Positions 1-8,425 of a stretch of 64,000 bases of DNA are shown piece after piece (positions within the stretch are counted from its first letter, which is position 1; each line of letters begins with the position of its first letter). Position numbers and translations under genes: made by a program. This DNA comes from a virus. Taxonomy: Duplodnaviria > Caudoviricetes. The DNA lies in the IMG/VR virus record IMGVR_UViG_2731957753_000001, positions 1-64,000 of that record; one strand, given 5' to 3'. A model generated the notes under the pieces. It searched no databases and was not told the DNA's origin. It worked only from the letters and a program-made list of their open reading frames with translations.

Positions 1-383
1 TTAGCCACCCGACACCAATGCGGCGCCTGCGGATCATCCCCAAACACGGTCCCCCACGGCACCATCAACTCGTCATCTTCGGCACGCGGAACAACATGCA
101 CATGCAGGTGAAACACGCTCTGTGTCGCAGCCCGCCCCATGCTCGTAATCACGTTCGCCGAATCATGCCGGCCAGCAGCATATTGGGCGGCCCGGCGCAT
201 GGTCGCGGCCGTGACCTTCGGGTCCTCGGTGAAGTCGGCGACATGCAGCTTCGGGATCACCAGGACGTGGCCGTCGACTACTGGGCCGAGCGGGACGATA
301 GCGAGGGCGTCGGACCACTCGTCGACGATCGTGGCCGGCGCTTCGCCTCGGTTGATCTTGCAGAACACACAATCAGGGTTCAT
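1..383 (-). CDS. HIT family nucleotide hydrolase (3' end runs off the window)
   Basis: Manual translation from ATG 383: MNPDCVFCKI...GHVLVIPKLH...QSVFHLHVHVVPR, with the HxHxH triad and N-terminal CxxC; absent from the ORF track because there is no stop in the window. Confidence 0.85.
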   Translation of the reverse strand, partial: MNPDCVFCKINRGEAPATIVDEWSDALAIVPLGPVVDGHVLVIPKLHVADFTEDPKVTAATMRRAAQYAAGRHDSANVITSMGRAATQSVFHLHVHVVPRAEDDELMVPWGTVFGDDPQAPHWCRVA

Positions 384-610
384 CAGTCTGTCTCCACACT
401 CTCGTTTGTTTCTGTTCCGATCGGCTGCGACATGTCAGCCATCACCGCCCACGCAGACCAGCCCATCACCATGTCGGCCGCCATCTCGCCGGCCAACTCC
501 CGATCACTCTCGAACGGCGGGATACCGAGCAGGATGTCCGCGAACCCCGAAAGAGTGGACGCGATGATCCCAGTAAGTCGATCCACCTCAGCCGACAACA
601 GGACGTTCAC
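383..610 (-). CDS. Hypothetical phage protein (75 aa)
   Basis: Start/stop overlaps with both neighbours. Confidence 0.55.
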   Translation of the reverse strand: MNVLLSAEVDRLTGIIASTLSGFADILLGIPPFESDRELAGEMAADMVMGWSAWAVMADMSQPIGTETNESVETD

Positions 611-1107
611 GCCGCGGCCTCAGCTCTCAGTTCTGCCAGTTTCTCCCGGCACGCAGCCTCAACCCGGTCACGGCCGACACCCCACACGACCACCGCGCAA
701 TGATTCGGCACCTCAGACGGGCCCACCTCACGTACGGCATCGAATGCTGGAAGATACTGGAACGTACGCCGCATCTCCATCAACTCCGAGAGCGTGTACG
801 GATCCCGACGTTCACGGCGACGATGCACCCGCGACTGCAACACATCCGCCGGCTCCTCCCACACAATCTCCGACGACGACGAGAACGACGGCTCAACCTC
901 CAGCTCGTCCAGCCAGAACGAGCCGCGCGCCGTCCACACCTCCCAACGCTCAGGCAGACCAGACAGCACATCCCACTCGCCTACCTCGTCGGTAGAGCCG
1001 TGGTTGATCAGCCGCGAATACTCCTCAGCCGTCTCCAGGTTGTCGAACACGTGCCGCACCGGTTCCTCGCCGTACCCGAGGTATTCATGCACCAAGTAAA
1101 CCTTCAC
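607..1107 (-). CDS. Hypothetical phage protein (166 aa)
   Basis: Coupled ORF with natural acidic composition. Confidence 0.7.
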   Translation of the reverse strand: MKVYLVHEYLGYGEEPVRHVFDNLETAEEYSRLINHGSTDEVGEWDVLSGLPERWEVWTARGSFWLDELEVEPSFSSSSEIVWEEPADVLQSRVHRRRERRDPYTLSELMEMRRTFQYLPAFDAVREVGPSEVPNHCAVVVWGVGRDRVEAACREKLAELRAEAAA

Positions 1108-1367
1108 GCCACCGTCTCCTGCCCGGCCAGCCGCGCGAGATCAGCCCGATACTGCTCCTCGAACCTGAGCCACGCGCGAACTGGGATACCCGTCACACCC
1201 TCTAACCGTTCCGCCCGCGAGAAGGTCACCGCCGCGTACCCGTCCAGCAACTCGTACACCAGGCCAGGGCTGGCCTCTAACAAGTCCGCCATCTGGTCGA
1301 CGTGGTTCTCTTCCATCCACTCCGCCAGGAACTCGCCCGGCGCGACCGCATAGTTCGTTTCAGTCAC
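1104..1367 (-). CDS. HigA-like XRE/HTH protein (orphan antitoxin type)
   Basis: APGEFLAEWMEE...ELLDGYAAVTFSRAERLEGVTGIPVRAWLRFEEQY matches the HigA pattern (PGExL...W..LQ..Y). Confidence 0.7.
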   Translation of the reverse strand: MTETNYAVAPGEFLAEWMEENHVDQMADLLEASPGLVYELLDGYAAVTFSRAERLEGVTGIPVRAWLRFEEQYRADLARLAGQETVA

Positions 1368-1948
1368 GCCGCAGCCTCAAGACTCTTCAACCGCGACACT
1401 TCCCGCTCCAGGAACCAAATCGCTTTGGTCAAATCCTCGATCGGATCACCCTTGACCTTGCCGTCGATCCGAGTCGCCCGGATCACATACTGCGCGGCCT
1501 GAGACCCGCACGCCGACAACCACTGCGTAATATCGATTGCTTCCGCGCCGTTCGGGAAGCAGTAATAATTCGGGTTAATCGGATCCGCACCGGCGCCAGT
1601 CTCGGGCGGCAACTGCCCGCCACCGAACATGCTTGCGCGCCGATAAAATTCGGGCAGACCGTCCATGTTCTTCTCCTGATTCAAGTGCACGGGAATCGTC
1701 GGCAACCTCAACTCGGCCGCGACGATCACCCGATGATGCCCATCCCACATCCGCAAACGACCATCCACGGTGCGCGCGACCTCGATCGGCGCCCGGATCC
1801 CGTGTTCGCGAAGATCAGCCTTCAACGCCTTCATCCGCTCGGGTTCCAGCTCCCACAGGCGGGCGGCCTCATCACTCCAACTCCAGCCGTCACCGGTCTC
1901 GACGTTGTTGATGATGTGCTTGACCGTCCAAAGCTCGATGCCGCTCAC
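1364..1948 (-). CDS. ParB/Srx-like N-terminal domain fused to a DUF3310-like domain
   Basis: LREHGIRAPIEV...DGHHRV (ParB/Srx) and DPINPNYY...AIDI...EDLTKAIWFLERE (DUF3310); GTG start overlaps the upstream TGA. Confidence 0.7.
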   Translation of the reverse strand: MSGIELWTVKHIINNVETGDGWSWSDEAARLWELEPERMKALKADLREHGIRAPIEVARTVDGRLRMWDGHHRVIVAAELRLPTIPVHLNQEKNMDGLPEFYRRASMFGGGQLPPETGAGADPINPNYYCFPNGAEAIDITQWLSACGSQAAQYVIRATRIDGKVKGDPIEDLTKAIWFLEREVSRLKSLEAAA

Positions 1949-2187
1949 TCTGTTCTCCTCGGTTTTGCGAACTGCTCGAACGTCTTGAACACGGCACGCC
2001 TCCACTTCTGCTGCTCCTCATGCCACTCGACATGCCGAACCTGATCCCCCACCACGACGCCGCAGGATGCACACGAATCGGTTTGGAGCAACTGCCGGCG
2101 GATGTGCTCGACACGCGCCTTCTCCGCCGCGACCGCCTGCTGCACGAACTCCGCGGCACCGTCACGCAACGTCTGGTCGTCCCTCAC
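1945..2187 (-). CDS. Hypothetical protein (80 aa, CxxC...H..H)
   Basis: GTG start coupled to the upstream TGA; this is the C-terminal part of the listed 129-aa ORF. Confidence 0.55.
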   Translation of the reverse strand: MRDDQTLRDGAAEFVQQAVAAEKARVEHIRRQLLQTDSCASCGVVVGDQVRHVEWHEEQQKWRRAVFKTFEQFAKPRRTE

Positions 2188-2363
2188 AACGTCACCACCA
2201 GCAGCAGCCCGGCCACCGTCAACGCCAACACCAACACGGCCGACATCGACTTCGCCAACAGCCAAAACAAGTCCCGCCACGGCGCAGGGGTCACCAACCC
2301 GAGAACGGCCAGCACACCGATCACGCCCGCCCACGTCAACAACGGCCAGATAGTCGAGTTCAA
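2184..2363 (-). CDS. Small two-TM membrane protein (59 aa)
   Basis: Manual translation MNSTIWPLLTWAGVIGVLAVLGLVTPAPWRDLFWLLAKSMSAVLVLALTVAGLLLVVTL; coupled at both ends. Confidence 0.5.
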   Translation of the reverse strand: MNSTIWPLLTWAGVIGVLAVLGLVTPAPWRDLFWLLAKSMSAVLVLALTVAGLLLVVTL

Positions 2364-2722
2364 CGGATCGCAGACTTCAGTACGTCGCGGGGCGCCAACA
2401 ACACTCCCGACTTTCCGGCAACATGCACCTCAGCGACCTCGATAAGCTCGCTATCCTGGTCCAGGTAGTCGATCTTCACGTAATCGAACTTCTGCGACGG
2501 CAACACCACAACAACAAGCCCGGACTCGTCGCGATTCACTCCGATCAGCGGCTCAACTGGGCTGAAAGCGGACTCGCCGCCAACGCGCGCGCTGCCGGCC
2601 AGCCATGCCCGACCGCCCTCGTCGTAACCCAGCGCGGACATGGGAGCGAACCCGGACTCGCCGACCTGCATGGTTCGGACGGTCAGGTTCATGTGTTCAC
2701 GGGGAAGGATGGCGTGCTTCAT
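2360..2722 (-). CDS. Hypothetical protein (120 aa)
   Basis: Strong RBS AGGAG-aaaccaaa-ATG. Confidence 0.7.
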   Translation of the reverse strand: MKHAILPREHMNLTVRTMQVGESGFAPMSALGYDEGGRAWLAGSARVGGESAFSPVEPLIGVNRDESGLVVVVLPSQKFDYVKIDYLDQDSELIEVAEVHVAGKSGVLLAPRDVLKSAIR

Positions 2723-2765
2723 TTTGGTTTCTCCTGGTAAATGGGTGGTTTGATGTCAGCGGCGG

Positions 2766-3227
2766 TCAGAACGGCGGCTCATCGTCGGGCGCGCTGCTGG
2801 TGAACGAACCACCCTGCGGGCTACTACCCCACGGATCCTCTGCGGCACGCGAACCACCGCCACCCTTACTGACTTTCGTCACCTTGACGGTCGCGTACTT
2901 CGTCGACACCCCGAACTCGTCGACCTCCAACTCCTGCACGGTCCGCTTCTCCCCCTCACGGGTTTCGAAACTGCGGGACTTCAGCCGGCCAGTCACGATC
3001 ACACGCGTGCCCTTGTCCAGGTTGGATTCCGCGAGTGCTTCAGCGGGTTCGCCCCAAATGTTGCAGCGTTGGAAGAGGGTTTCGCCGTTCTTCCATTCGT
3101 TGGTGTTCTTGTCCAAGTAGCGTGGGGTACTCGCCACCGTGAAGTTGGCTACCGCTTTACCGGCCGGAGTGAATCGGATTTCTACTGGCGCGGTCAGTCC
3201 GCCGATGATTGTCAATGTCGCAGACAT
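2766..3227 (-). CDS. ssb: Single-stranded DNA-binding protein
   Basis: [31 protein letters not shown]...[18 protein letters not shown]... with acidic tail DDEPPF. Confidence 0.95.
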   Translation of the reverse strand: MSATLTIIGGLTAPVEIRFTPAGKAVANFTVASTPRYLDKNTNEWKNGETLFQRCNIWGEPAEALAESNLDKGTRVIVTGRLKSRSFETREGEKRTVQELEVDEFGVSTKYATVKVTKVSKGGGGSRAAEDPWGSSPQGGSFTSSAPDDEPPF

Positions 3228-3281
3228 AAGCTTGTGTCGCTTTCGGGAATGCCGGACTCCTGAATACCGGCGATACAACTA

Positions 3282-3310
3282 ATTCTCTCGCGCGAGTCAA
3301 ACCACGAATT
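3282..3310 (-). promoter_or_regulatory. Repeated phage promoter-like motif, copy 1 (upstream of ssb)
   Basis: AATTCG TGGTTTGACTCGCGCGA GAGAAT. Confidence 0.7.
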
Positions 3311-3675
3311 CAGGCCGCAGAATCATCGTCGACCAAGAACCAATCCCCAACCGTCGACGGCTGCAACGCGAACACCTCAACCCGCGGCGCCTCACCATCC
3401 ACCAAGACCGTCCGCCCACAGAGCGATCCGTCCCCGCTCCTGTCTTGGGGCAGGTCGAACACCTCCCAGGCGCCCCAAATCCGCGTGGTGTTCCCGAAAT
3501 AGTGCACGTCCCTGTACGGTCGCAGACTTATGCACTGCTGAGGCCGGTAGATGATCCTGGGAGGCATCGCGGTGAAGTCGTCGAGGTCGCGGCCTGTCGC
3601 GTCGCCCCATTGGAGTTCGACACGGGACTGTGGGTCGAGGCGCCACCAACGCGGCCGTACTGCAAGGTCAGACAT
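3310..3675 (-). CDS. Hypothetical protein (121 aa)
   Basis: ATG at 3675 overlaps the end of the upstream gene. Confidence 0.6.
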   Translation of the reverse strand: MSDLAVRPRWWRLDPQSRVELQWGDATGRDLDDFTAMPPRIIYRPQQCISLRPYRDVHYFGNTTRIWGAWEVFDLPQDRSGDGSLCGRTVLVDGEAPRVEVFALQPSTVGDWFLVDDDSAA

Positions 3676-3877
3676 CCCGGTTCGCCTCCCGCACCTGCTT
3701 AACCGCCATCCGCATAGCCCAACGCCACTCATCGGTATCTGAGTACTGGATCAACTCCACCAGATCGTTGCCCGAATGCCGGAATAAGAACACACGCCAC
3801 AACGTGTGCCCGTGTCCGCAATGGAAACTGCATGTACCGCGCGTCAACTGGCGAACGTCCGCCCGGTATTCACTCAT
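3668..3877 (-). CDS. Hypothetical protein (69 aa)
   Basis: Coupled ORF. Confidence 0.55.
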   Translation of the reverse strand: MSEYRADVRQLTRGTCSFHCGHGHTLWRVFLFRHSGNDLVELIQYSDTDEWRWAMRMAVKQVREANRDV

Positions 3878-4130
3878 CGCGGGCTTCCTTCTCCAACACC
3901 GCACTCCGCGCAACACCGATCGGAGGCAACTGCTGCGACCAACGACCATCAGGACGCTTAGTCACCGGAAACTCACTGCGCGCCCACTCATACGCCCACA
4001 AAGCACGATCAAGACGGGCAGCAGGAGAATTAGAAATATAACCTTTCGGGTGCGGGTCATCCATCATCAACGCTTCAAGAGCGGCATGGAAACCCGAACG
4101 ATCCACCTGAATAGCGCCGGTTTCGGTCAT
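3870..4130 (-). CDS. Hypothetical protein (86 aa), probably leaderless
   Basis: ATG lies 6 nt downstream of the -10-like hexamer of motif copy 2. Confidence 0.65.
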   Translation of the reverse strand: MTETGAIQVDRSGFHAALEALMMDDPHPKGYISNSPAARLDRALWAYEWARSEFPVTKRPDGRWSQQLPPIGVARSAVLEKEARDE

Positions 4131-4136
4131 GAATCA

Positions 4137-4165
4137 ATTTTCCCGCCCGAGTCAAACCACCAAAA
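4137..4165 (-). promoter_or_regulatory. Repeated phage promoter-like motif, copy 2
   Basis: TTTTGG TGGTTTGACTCGGGCGG GAAAAT. Confidence 0.7.
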
Positions 4166-4228
4166 TGGGCGCGAAATGGGAAATGGGCGCGCGTTAAACA
4201 TTCACCAGCATCGACTAGAATACGTTTT

Positions 4229-4381
4229 ATGAGCGACCAGCCCCCGTTATGCCAGAAATGCTACGAACAGCCCGCCGGCGAGGGGCGCATGCTCTGCCCC
4301 GACTGCCGGGAACGCATCAGCGGACGCGCGCAGGACCCGTACGGGGCTTGGTTCGAGGAAGCACGGGCCGCGGGCAGCTGA
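4229..4381 (+). CDS. Small CxxC-x11-CxxC zinc-finger protein (50 aa), leaderless
   Basis: MSDQPPLCQKCYEQPAGEGRMLCPDCRERISGRAQDPYGAWFEEARAAGS; TAGAAT at 4216-4221 is 7 nt before the ATG. Confidence 0.6.
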   Translation: MSDQPPLCQKCYEQPAGEGRMLCPDCRERISGRAQDPYGAWFEEARAAGS

Positions 4382-4392
4382 GCTGGTTTGCG

Positions 4393-4566
4393 TCAGAGTC
4401 TGCCGAGGATGCGGTAGACGGTGTTGCGGCCGAGTCCCATGAGGGTGTGGATTCGGTTGATGGGTACGCCGGCCGCATCGGCTGCGCGGACCAGCTCGTC
4501 GCGTCGTTCGTAGGTGACGCGCCAGGCGTTTAGCTCTGCTTCGGCTTGCTCTGGAGTCCAGGTCAT
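4393..4566 (-). CDS. Small HTH DNA-binding protein (57 aa)
   Basis: RRDELVRAADAAGVPINRIHTLMGLGRNTVYRIL; resembles 35272-35532. Confidence 0.7.
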   Translation of the reverse strand: MTWTPEQAEAELNAWRVTYERRDELVRAADAAGVPINRIHTLMGLGRNTVYRILGRL

Positions 4567-4644
4567 GCTCCAAATGCTACATGTTCCAATCGGGACAACA
4601 AACCACTTGCATGTATCGTTTGGAGCATGTATCGTTTGGAGCAT
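4565..4644. repeat. Operator-like repeats between divergent genes
   Basis: GCATGTATCGTTTGGA at 4609-4624 and 4625-4640; inverted near-copy at 4565-4583 overlapping the HTH start codon. Confidence 0.75.
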
Positions 4645-4679
4645 CAGCAGGCACGAAAACTACAGAGAGTGAGAGCAAG

Positions 4680-4916
4680 ATGGACGAGATTGATGCATTC
4701 TTCGCCGAATTCGACGCAGAGCCCACCATCGAGGACATCGTTTGGGAGACCGCTTTCCACCCGATCATCACCCAGGTAATGCGGAACACCCGGGAACACG
4801 AACTCCGGATGGCACAAGAAGCCAACGCTCGCGGCCCCATGTCCCGCCGGGACAAGCGCCGGGGACCGCGCACATTCCGCGCCGAGAACGCTCGGGTCAC
4901 CTACCACCGGCCCTGA
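4680..4916 (+). CDS. Hypothetical protein (78 aa), acidic N-terminus and basic C-terminus
   Basis: MDEIDAFFAEFDAEP...; followed directly by a terminator. Confidence 0.55.
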   Translation: MDEIDAFFAEFDAEPTIEDIVWETAFHPIITQVMRNTREHELRMAQEANARGPMSRRDKRRGPRTFRAENARVTYHRP

Positions 4917-4944
4917 AACAGCCACCCGAAAGGGTGGCTGTTTT
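4916..4944. terminator. Bidirectional intrinsic terminator
   Basis: AAACAGCCACCC-GAAA-GGGTGGCTGTTT between convergent genes. Confidence 0.85.
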
Positions 4945-4967
4945 CGTTTGTCTACTCATCCACTCAC

Positions 4968-5462
4968 CTACCCCTGCCTGTACCGGGCACCGCCGACCCC
5001 GAGCGCATCCATCACCCGGTCATGCCACTCGCCGTCATTGGCGTACCCGTCGGCTTCGACCTGCTGCAACACGTCCAGGATCGGCGTGATCACGACAGCA
5101 TTGAACGCGGCATCGTTCGCACGCCGCTGCTCGGCCCGCGCACGCTCCACAGCCTCCAACTCGGCCCACCGGAGCGGCCCATCCAACCAATACCGGTACT
5201 CGTTCTCGTCGTCGATGAACCGCGCACGCGACTCACCGGCCTCAATGACCAGGTACGACCACGACTCATCGGAACAGCAGCCGTCACCGCAGCCAGTCAG
5301 TGTCTCGACTTCCTCCGACAGCCAGATCGGGACGTGCTTGTTGCCGCCGACCCTTCCCCGGATCTCATCCGCCAACACACCGACCGCACGCGCGCAAGGG
5401 TCGACCACATTATTCGCGTACTCGTCCCACTCGCCGTAAGTCGCTACCGTCCGCTCGCTCAT
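4968..5462 (-). CDS. Hypothetical protein (164 aa)
   Basis: ATG 5462 coupled to the upstream stop. Confidence 0.65.
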   Translation of the reverse strand: MSERTVATYGEWDEYANNVVDPCARAVGVLADEIRGRVGGNKHVPIWLSEEVETLTGCGDGCCSDESWSYLVIEAGESRARFIDDENEYRYWLDGPLRWAELEAVERARAEQRRANDAAFNAVVITPILDVLQQVEADGYANDGEWHDRVMDALGVGGARYRQG

Positions 5463-6046
5463 TCGTCCGCTCCCGCCGTGATTCGTTCTTCGACCCACTT
5501 CAACGGCACCGGCGCCAAACCGTGCGCGTCCACGCCCACATGCAGTTCACGGCCACGCTGCTTCACCGAGGAGTGCGTGTGCCCGTGCAGCAGCCAACGC
5601 CCGACGTCCGGGAAACGCCATTCGGGATACCGGATGACCTCGGTGTGATCGCCGCCCTCACCCGCGTACGGGAAATGGCTGAGCAGGACACGCTGCCCCG
5701 CGAACTTCCTGACCGCGGACTGCTGCACCGTCGCGAACACCGTCAACCACTGCGGGAGAGCCTTGTACGCGCCCGAATGCAACGGATGCACATCATCATG
5801 GTTCCCGGCGATCAAATGCTTCACACCGGGCCGGGCCGCAATCCATGCGAGCCCGGCCTCCTCATGCCCCCGCCGGCCGATCACATCCCCGAGCACCCAG
5901 ACTTGATCATCCGGACGCACCACCGCATCCCAACGGCGCGCCAACTCGGCATCATGCGCGTCAGTGTTCTCACCGAAACCGCGCAGGCCAGCAACAAGCT
6001 TGTGTCCGCCCACGTGCAGGTCGCTACAGAACCAGATCCCGGTCAC
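5459..6046 (-). CDS. Calcineurin-like metallophosphoesterase
   Basis: SDLHVG, LGDV, GNHD, SHFPY and HGHTH motifs. Confidence 0.9.
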   Translation of the reverse strand: MTGIWFCSDLHVGGHKLVAGLRGFGENTDAHDAELARRWDAVVRPDDQVWVLGDVIGRRGHEEAGLAWIAARPGVKHLIAGNHDDVHPLHSGAYKALPQWLTVFATVQQSAVRKFAGQRVLLSHFPYAGEGGDHTEVIRYPEWRFPDVGRWLLHGHTHSSVKQRGRELHVGVDAHGLAPVPLKWVEERITAGADE

Positions 6047-6561
6047 GCTGCCCCTTCCGACCCTTTGCCGCAGACTCGTAGAAACGTGCCATCCAACCCG
6101 CATCCAGCGAGCAATTCAGCGTCACGCTCGCCATACGCGACAAGCACGGACGGCGCGCCAGCATTGCCCTGCGCGCGAGCGCCATCCGGCAAATGGAAAT
6201 GCAGCCTGCCATGCAGAAACAACACCGCGGTAGCCCGCCGCCATACCAGATCAACGAACCACCGGGTCTCAGTGCGCGCGAACACCAACGCCGTCCCCTG
6301 CCCATGGTCCGCGAGCTTTCCCAACCACACTGGAAGACCCGTGTACGGCGGGTTCAGAAACACTCGACCCACCCATTCGGCCGACAACCCATCCTCGGGC
6401 GGCGCGATATGCCGACGCGCCGTATCCCACGGCCGCGGATCAGCTGCGCACGGATCGAGATCGAACACACCCAACGCCCCAATGATGCCCGGAGGGGTCA
6501 GCCACACGTTCGACCCCGACCGCGCCGAATGATGTCCACCAATTGCGCGACCTGTTGTCAC
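6043..6561 (-). CDS. Phage N6-adenine DNA methyltransferase
   Basis: WLTPP...FDLDPCA...WVGRVFLNPPY; likely GTG start at 6561. Confidence 0.85.
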   Translation of the reverse strand: MTTGRAIGGHHSARSGSNVWLTPPGIIGALGVFDLDPCAADPRPWDTARRHIAPPEDGLSAEWVGRVFLNPPYTGLPVWLGKLADHGQGTALVFARTETRWFVDLVWRRATAVLFLHGRLHFHLPDGARAQGNAGAPSVLVAYGERDAELLAGCGLDGTFLRVCGKGSEGAA

Positions 6562-6593
6562 TCTCTGCTCCAAATCGAATAACCCCCACGAAC

Positions 6594-6622
6594 AGCCTGC
6601 ACCCCCGGTCAAACCACAAACC
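6594..6622 (-). promoter_or_regulatory. Repeated phage promoter-like motif, copy 3 (inside an 8-bp hairpin)
   Basis: GGTTTG TGGTTTGACCGGGGGTG CAGGCT; CCCCCGGT/ACCGGGGG stem. Confidence 0.55.
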
Positions 6623-6642
6623 GGGGGCAGACACCGAACCAA

Positions 6643-8040
6643 TCAGGCCGCGACCGACTCCGGACCGCTCACCGTTACCCCCAGCGCCTCAGCGACAACC
6701 CCGACCAGATCCCGCGCAGCCGGCGGAGTCACAGCATTACCCGCCATCCGCACCTGCTCCCGCCGATTCCCCAACACCACATAATCGCGCGGGAAATCCA
6801 TCGCCGCAATGATCTCCCGCGGCTCCAACATCCGGAACCGGACATCAGCGATATCCAAAGACGGGCCCATCGCCACACCGTCGGTCTCCCGAGTAGTACG
6901 CGTCGGGATCGGTTCAGCAGTGCTCGTCGCCCGCTCCCGCCACGTACCACCCGCCGGAGTCACCAACCCATGATGCCCACCACCCGCCGTCACCGTGCAC
7001 AACGGCTCAGACACCAAACGATGCTTCGACCCACCACCACGCAACTCCGCCATAAACGCCAACCCCGTCTCATTCCGGGTCGACATAGTCCGCAACGGCC
7101 CATCCACCGGACGAGCCTGCTTCCCCTCACGCCCCTCAACCGGGACCGCAAGAGCATCGTTCGACCAATACTTCTCGATCCCCGACTGAATCCGCGCCAG
7201 CGTCTTCGCCGCCAACGGTTTCGCCCGATCCCCAATCCGAGTCCCCAGCATCGACCAGTCGATAATGTCCGACGCAGGACGCACCGCAGGCTCAACCACC
7301 CGGTTCTGGCACTTCACATTCGGGCACCGGAACACATACTGTGCCCGATACCGCGCCACCGGAGACGACCCCGGCTTGAACACCTGCATCGCCTGCACCG
7401 GGCCACACTCCAGGCAAACCGCCGCCGGACGAGTCACCCGCCGAAGATCCGGGCGACGATCACCCTTCCGCCAAAACACCACATACATGCGGTCCCGAGA
7501 CTGCGGCGCACCCGCCCCGAACAACTGGGCGTGCATCGAGTTCAGGAACACAACCTCATGGTCGTAACCCATCCCGTCCATCGTCGACAGCCACGACCGG
7601 AACAACGTCCCCTTCTCCGGCGACCACTCAGGCGCCCAGTCGATCGCGTCAGCCACGTTCTCGACAATCACTGCCCGATACCCGTGCGCCTCAGCGAACC
7701 TTGGCACATCCCACATCGTTGCCCGCGACCGCTCCGCAGCCTCATCCGGCAGCGGCTCATCAAACAGGGTCGCCGGCTGAAGCTTCTTCGTGCCCTTCGC
7801 CCGAGAATGGTTGGTGCACTCGGGTGACGCCCACAGGATGTCAGTGGTCGGGAAGTAGCGGGGGTCGATCTGCGACAGGTCCGCGCAGATGTGGTCTGCG
7901 TCGGCGTGGTTCGTGTTGTGGGTTTCCACTGCCAGCTTCCAATGGTTCGAAGCCACCCGCACTTCGATGCCGGGAATCTGGACCGCGCCCGTCGATGAAC
8001 CGCCGGCGCCGCAGAACAAATCGGTCAGGGTCAGACTCAC
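6643..8040 (-). CDS. C5-cytosine DNA methyltransferase
   Basis: Motif I DLFCGAGG, motif IV ASPEC, motif VI ENV, motif VIII QSRDR, motif X GNAVTPP. Confidence 0.95.
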   Translation of the reverse strand: MSLTLTDLFCGAGGSSTGAVQIPGIEVRVASNHWKLAVETHNTNHADADHICADLSQIDPRYFPTTDILWASPECTNHSRAKGTKKLQPATLFDEPLPDEAAERSRATMWDVPRFAEAHGYRAVIVENVADAIDWAPEWSPEKGTLFRSWLSTMDGMGYDHEVVFLNSMHAQLFGAGAPQSRDRMYVVFWRKGDRRPDLRRVTRPAAVCLECGPVQAMQVFKPGSSPVARYRAQYVFRCPNVKCQNRVVEPAVRPASDIIDWSMLGTRIGDRAKPLAAKTLARIQSGIEKYWSNDALAVPVEGREGKQARPVDGPLRTMSTRNETGLAFMAELRGGGSKHRLVSEPLCTVTAGGGHHGLVTPAGGTWRERATSTAEPIPTRTTRETDGVAMGPSLDIADVRFRMLEPREIIAAMDFPRDYVVLGNRREQVRMAGNAVTPPAARDLVGVVAEALGVTVSGPESVAA

Positions 8041-8258
8041 AGCGCACTCCTAGCAATCGCGGGATGGTAGAGGGATTCAAGACGGATTTCGGGTATAGAC
8101 AGTCGGATTCGATCCGTTCGACCGTCAGCGTTGAAACTGGGCAGCATTACGGGCGCATCCTGAGCGAGCTCGGCCACCACGCAACTACAGGATCCGTCGC
8201 CGGAAACTGCGTCTGGTATTAAAATACCGTTACTGTGTACAGTATACGCAATTGTCAT
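8037..8258 (-). CDS. Small hypothetical protein (73 aa) with atypical AT-rich 5' part
   Basis: ATGA coupling to the upstream gene and GTGA coupling to the C5 methylase. Confidence 0.45.
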   Translation of the reverse strand: MTIAYTVHSNGILIPDAVSGDGSCSCVVAELAQDAPVMLPSFNADGRTDRIRLSIPEIRLESLYHPAIARSAL

Positions 8259-8425
8259 TTCTCCCCCTCGATACTCCACACGAACACGCTTTCGCCTTCG
8301 TCGAGGAGGTCTGCGATATGCAGGAGCGCTTCCCGGAGTTGACCGCCGGGGAGTGTCCGGGCGAAGTTTCGGAGGGTCGCGCGGTCGCCTGGCGTGGTTT
8401 TCGCGGCGTCGATGTGGCCGTTCAT
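8255..8425 (-). CDS. Hypothetical protein (56 aa)
   Basis: Coupled ORF. Confidence 0.55.
   Translation of the reverse strand: MNGHIDAAKTTPGDRATLRNFARTLPGGQLREALLHIADLLDEGESVFVWSIEGEK

Noticed and set aside
360-383. Apparent frameshift at the start of the HIT gene (listed ORF 163-372)
   Set aside because: Re-reading gives an intact ATG AAC CCT GAT TGT GTG TTC TGC frame
2746-2754. Extra TGGTTTGAT copy of the promoter motif
   Set aside because: Opposite strand and no nAnnnT hexamer at the N8 register
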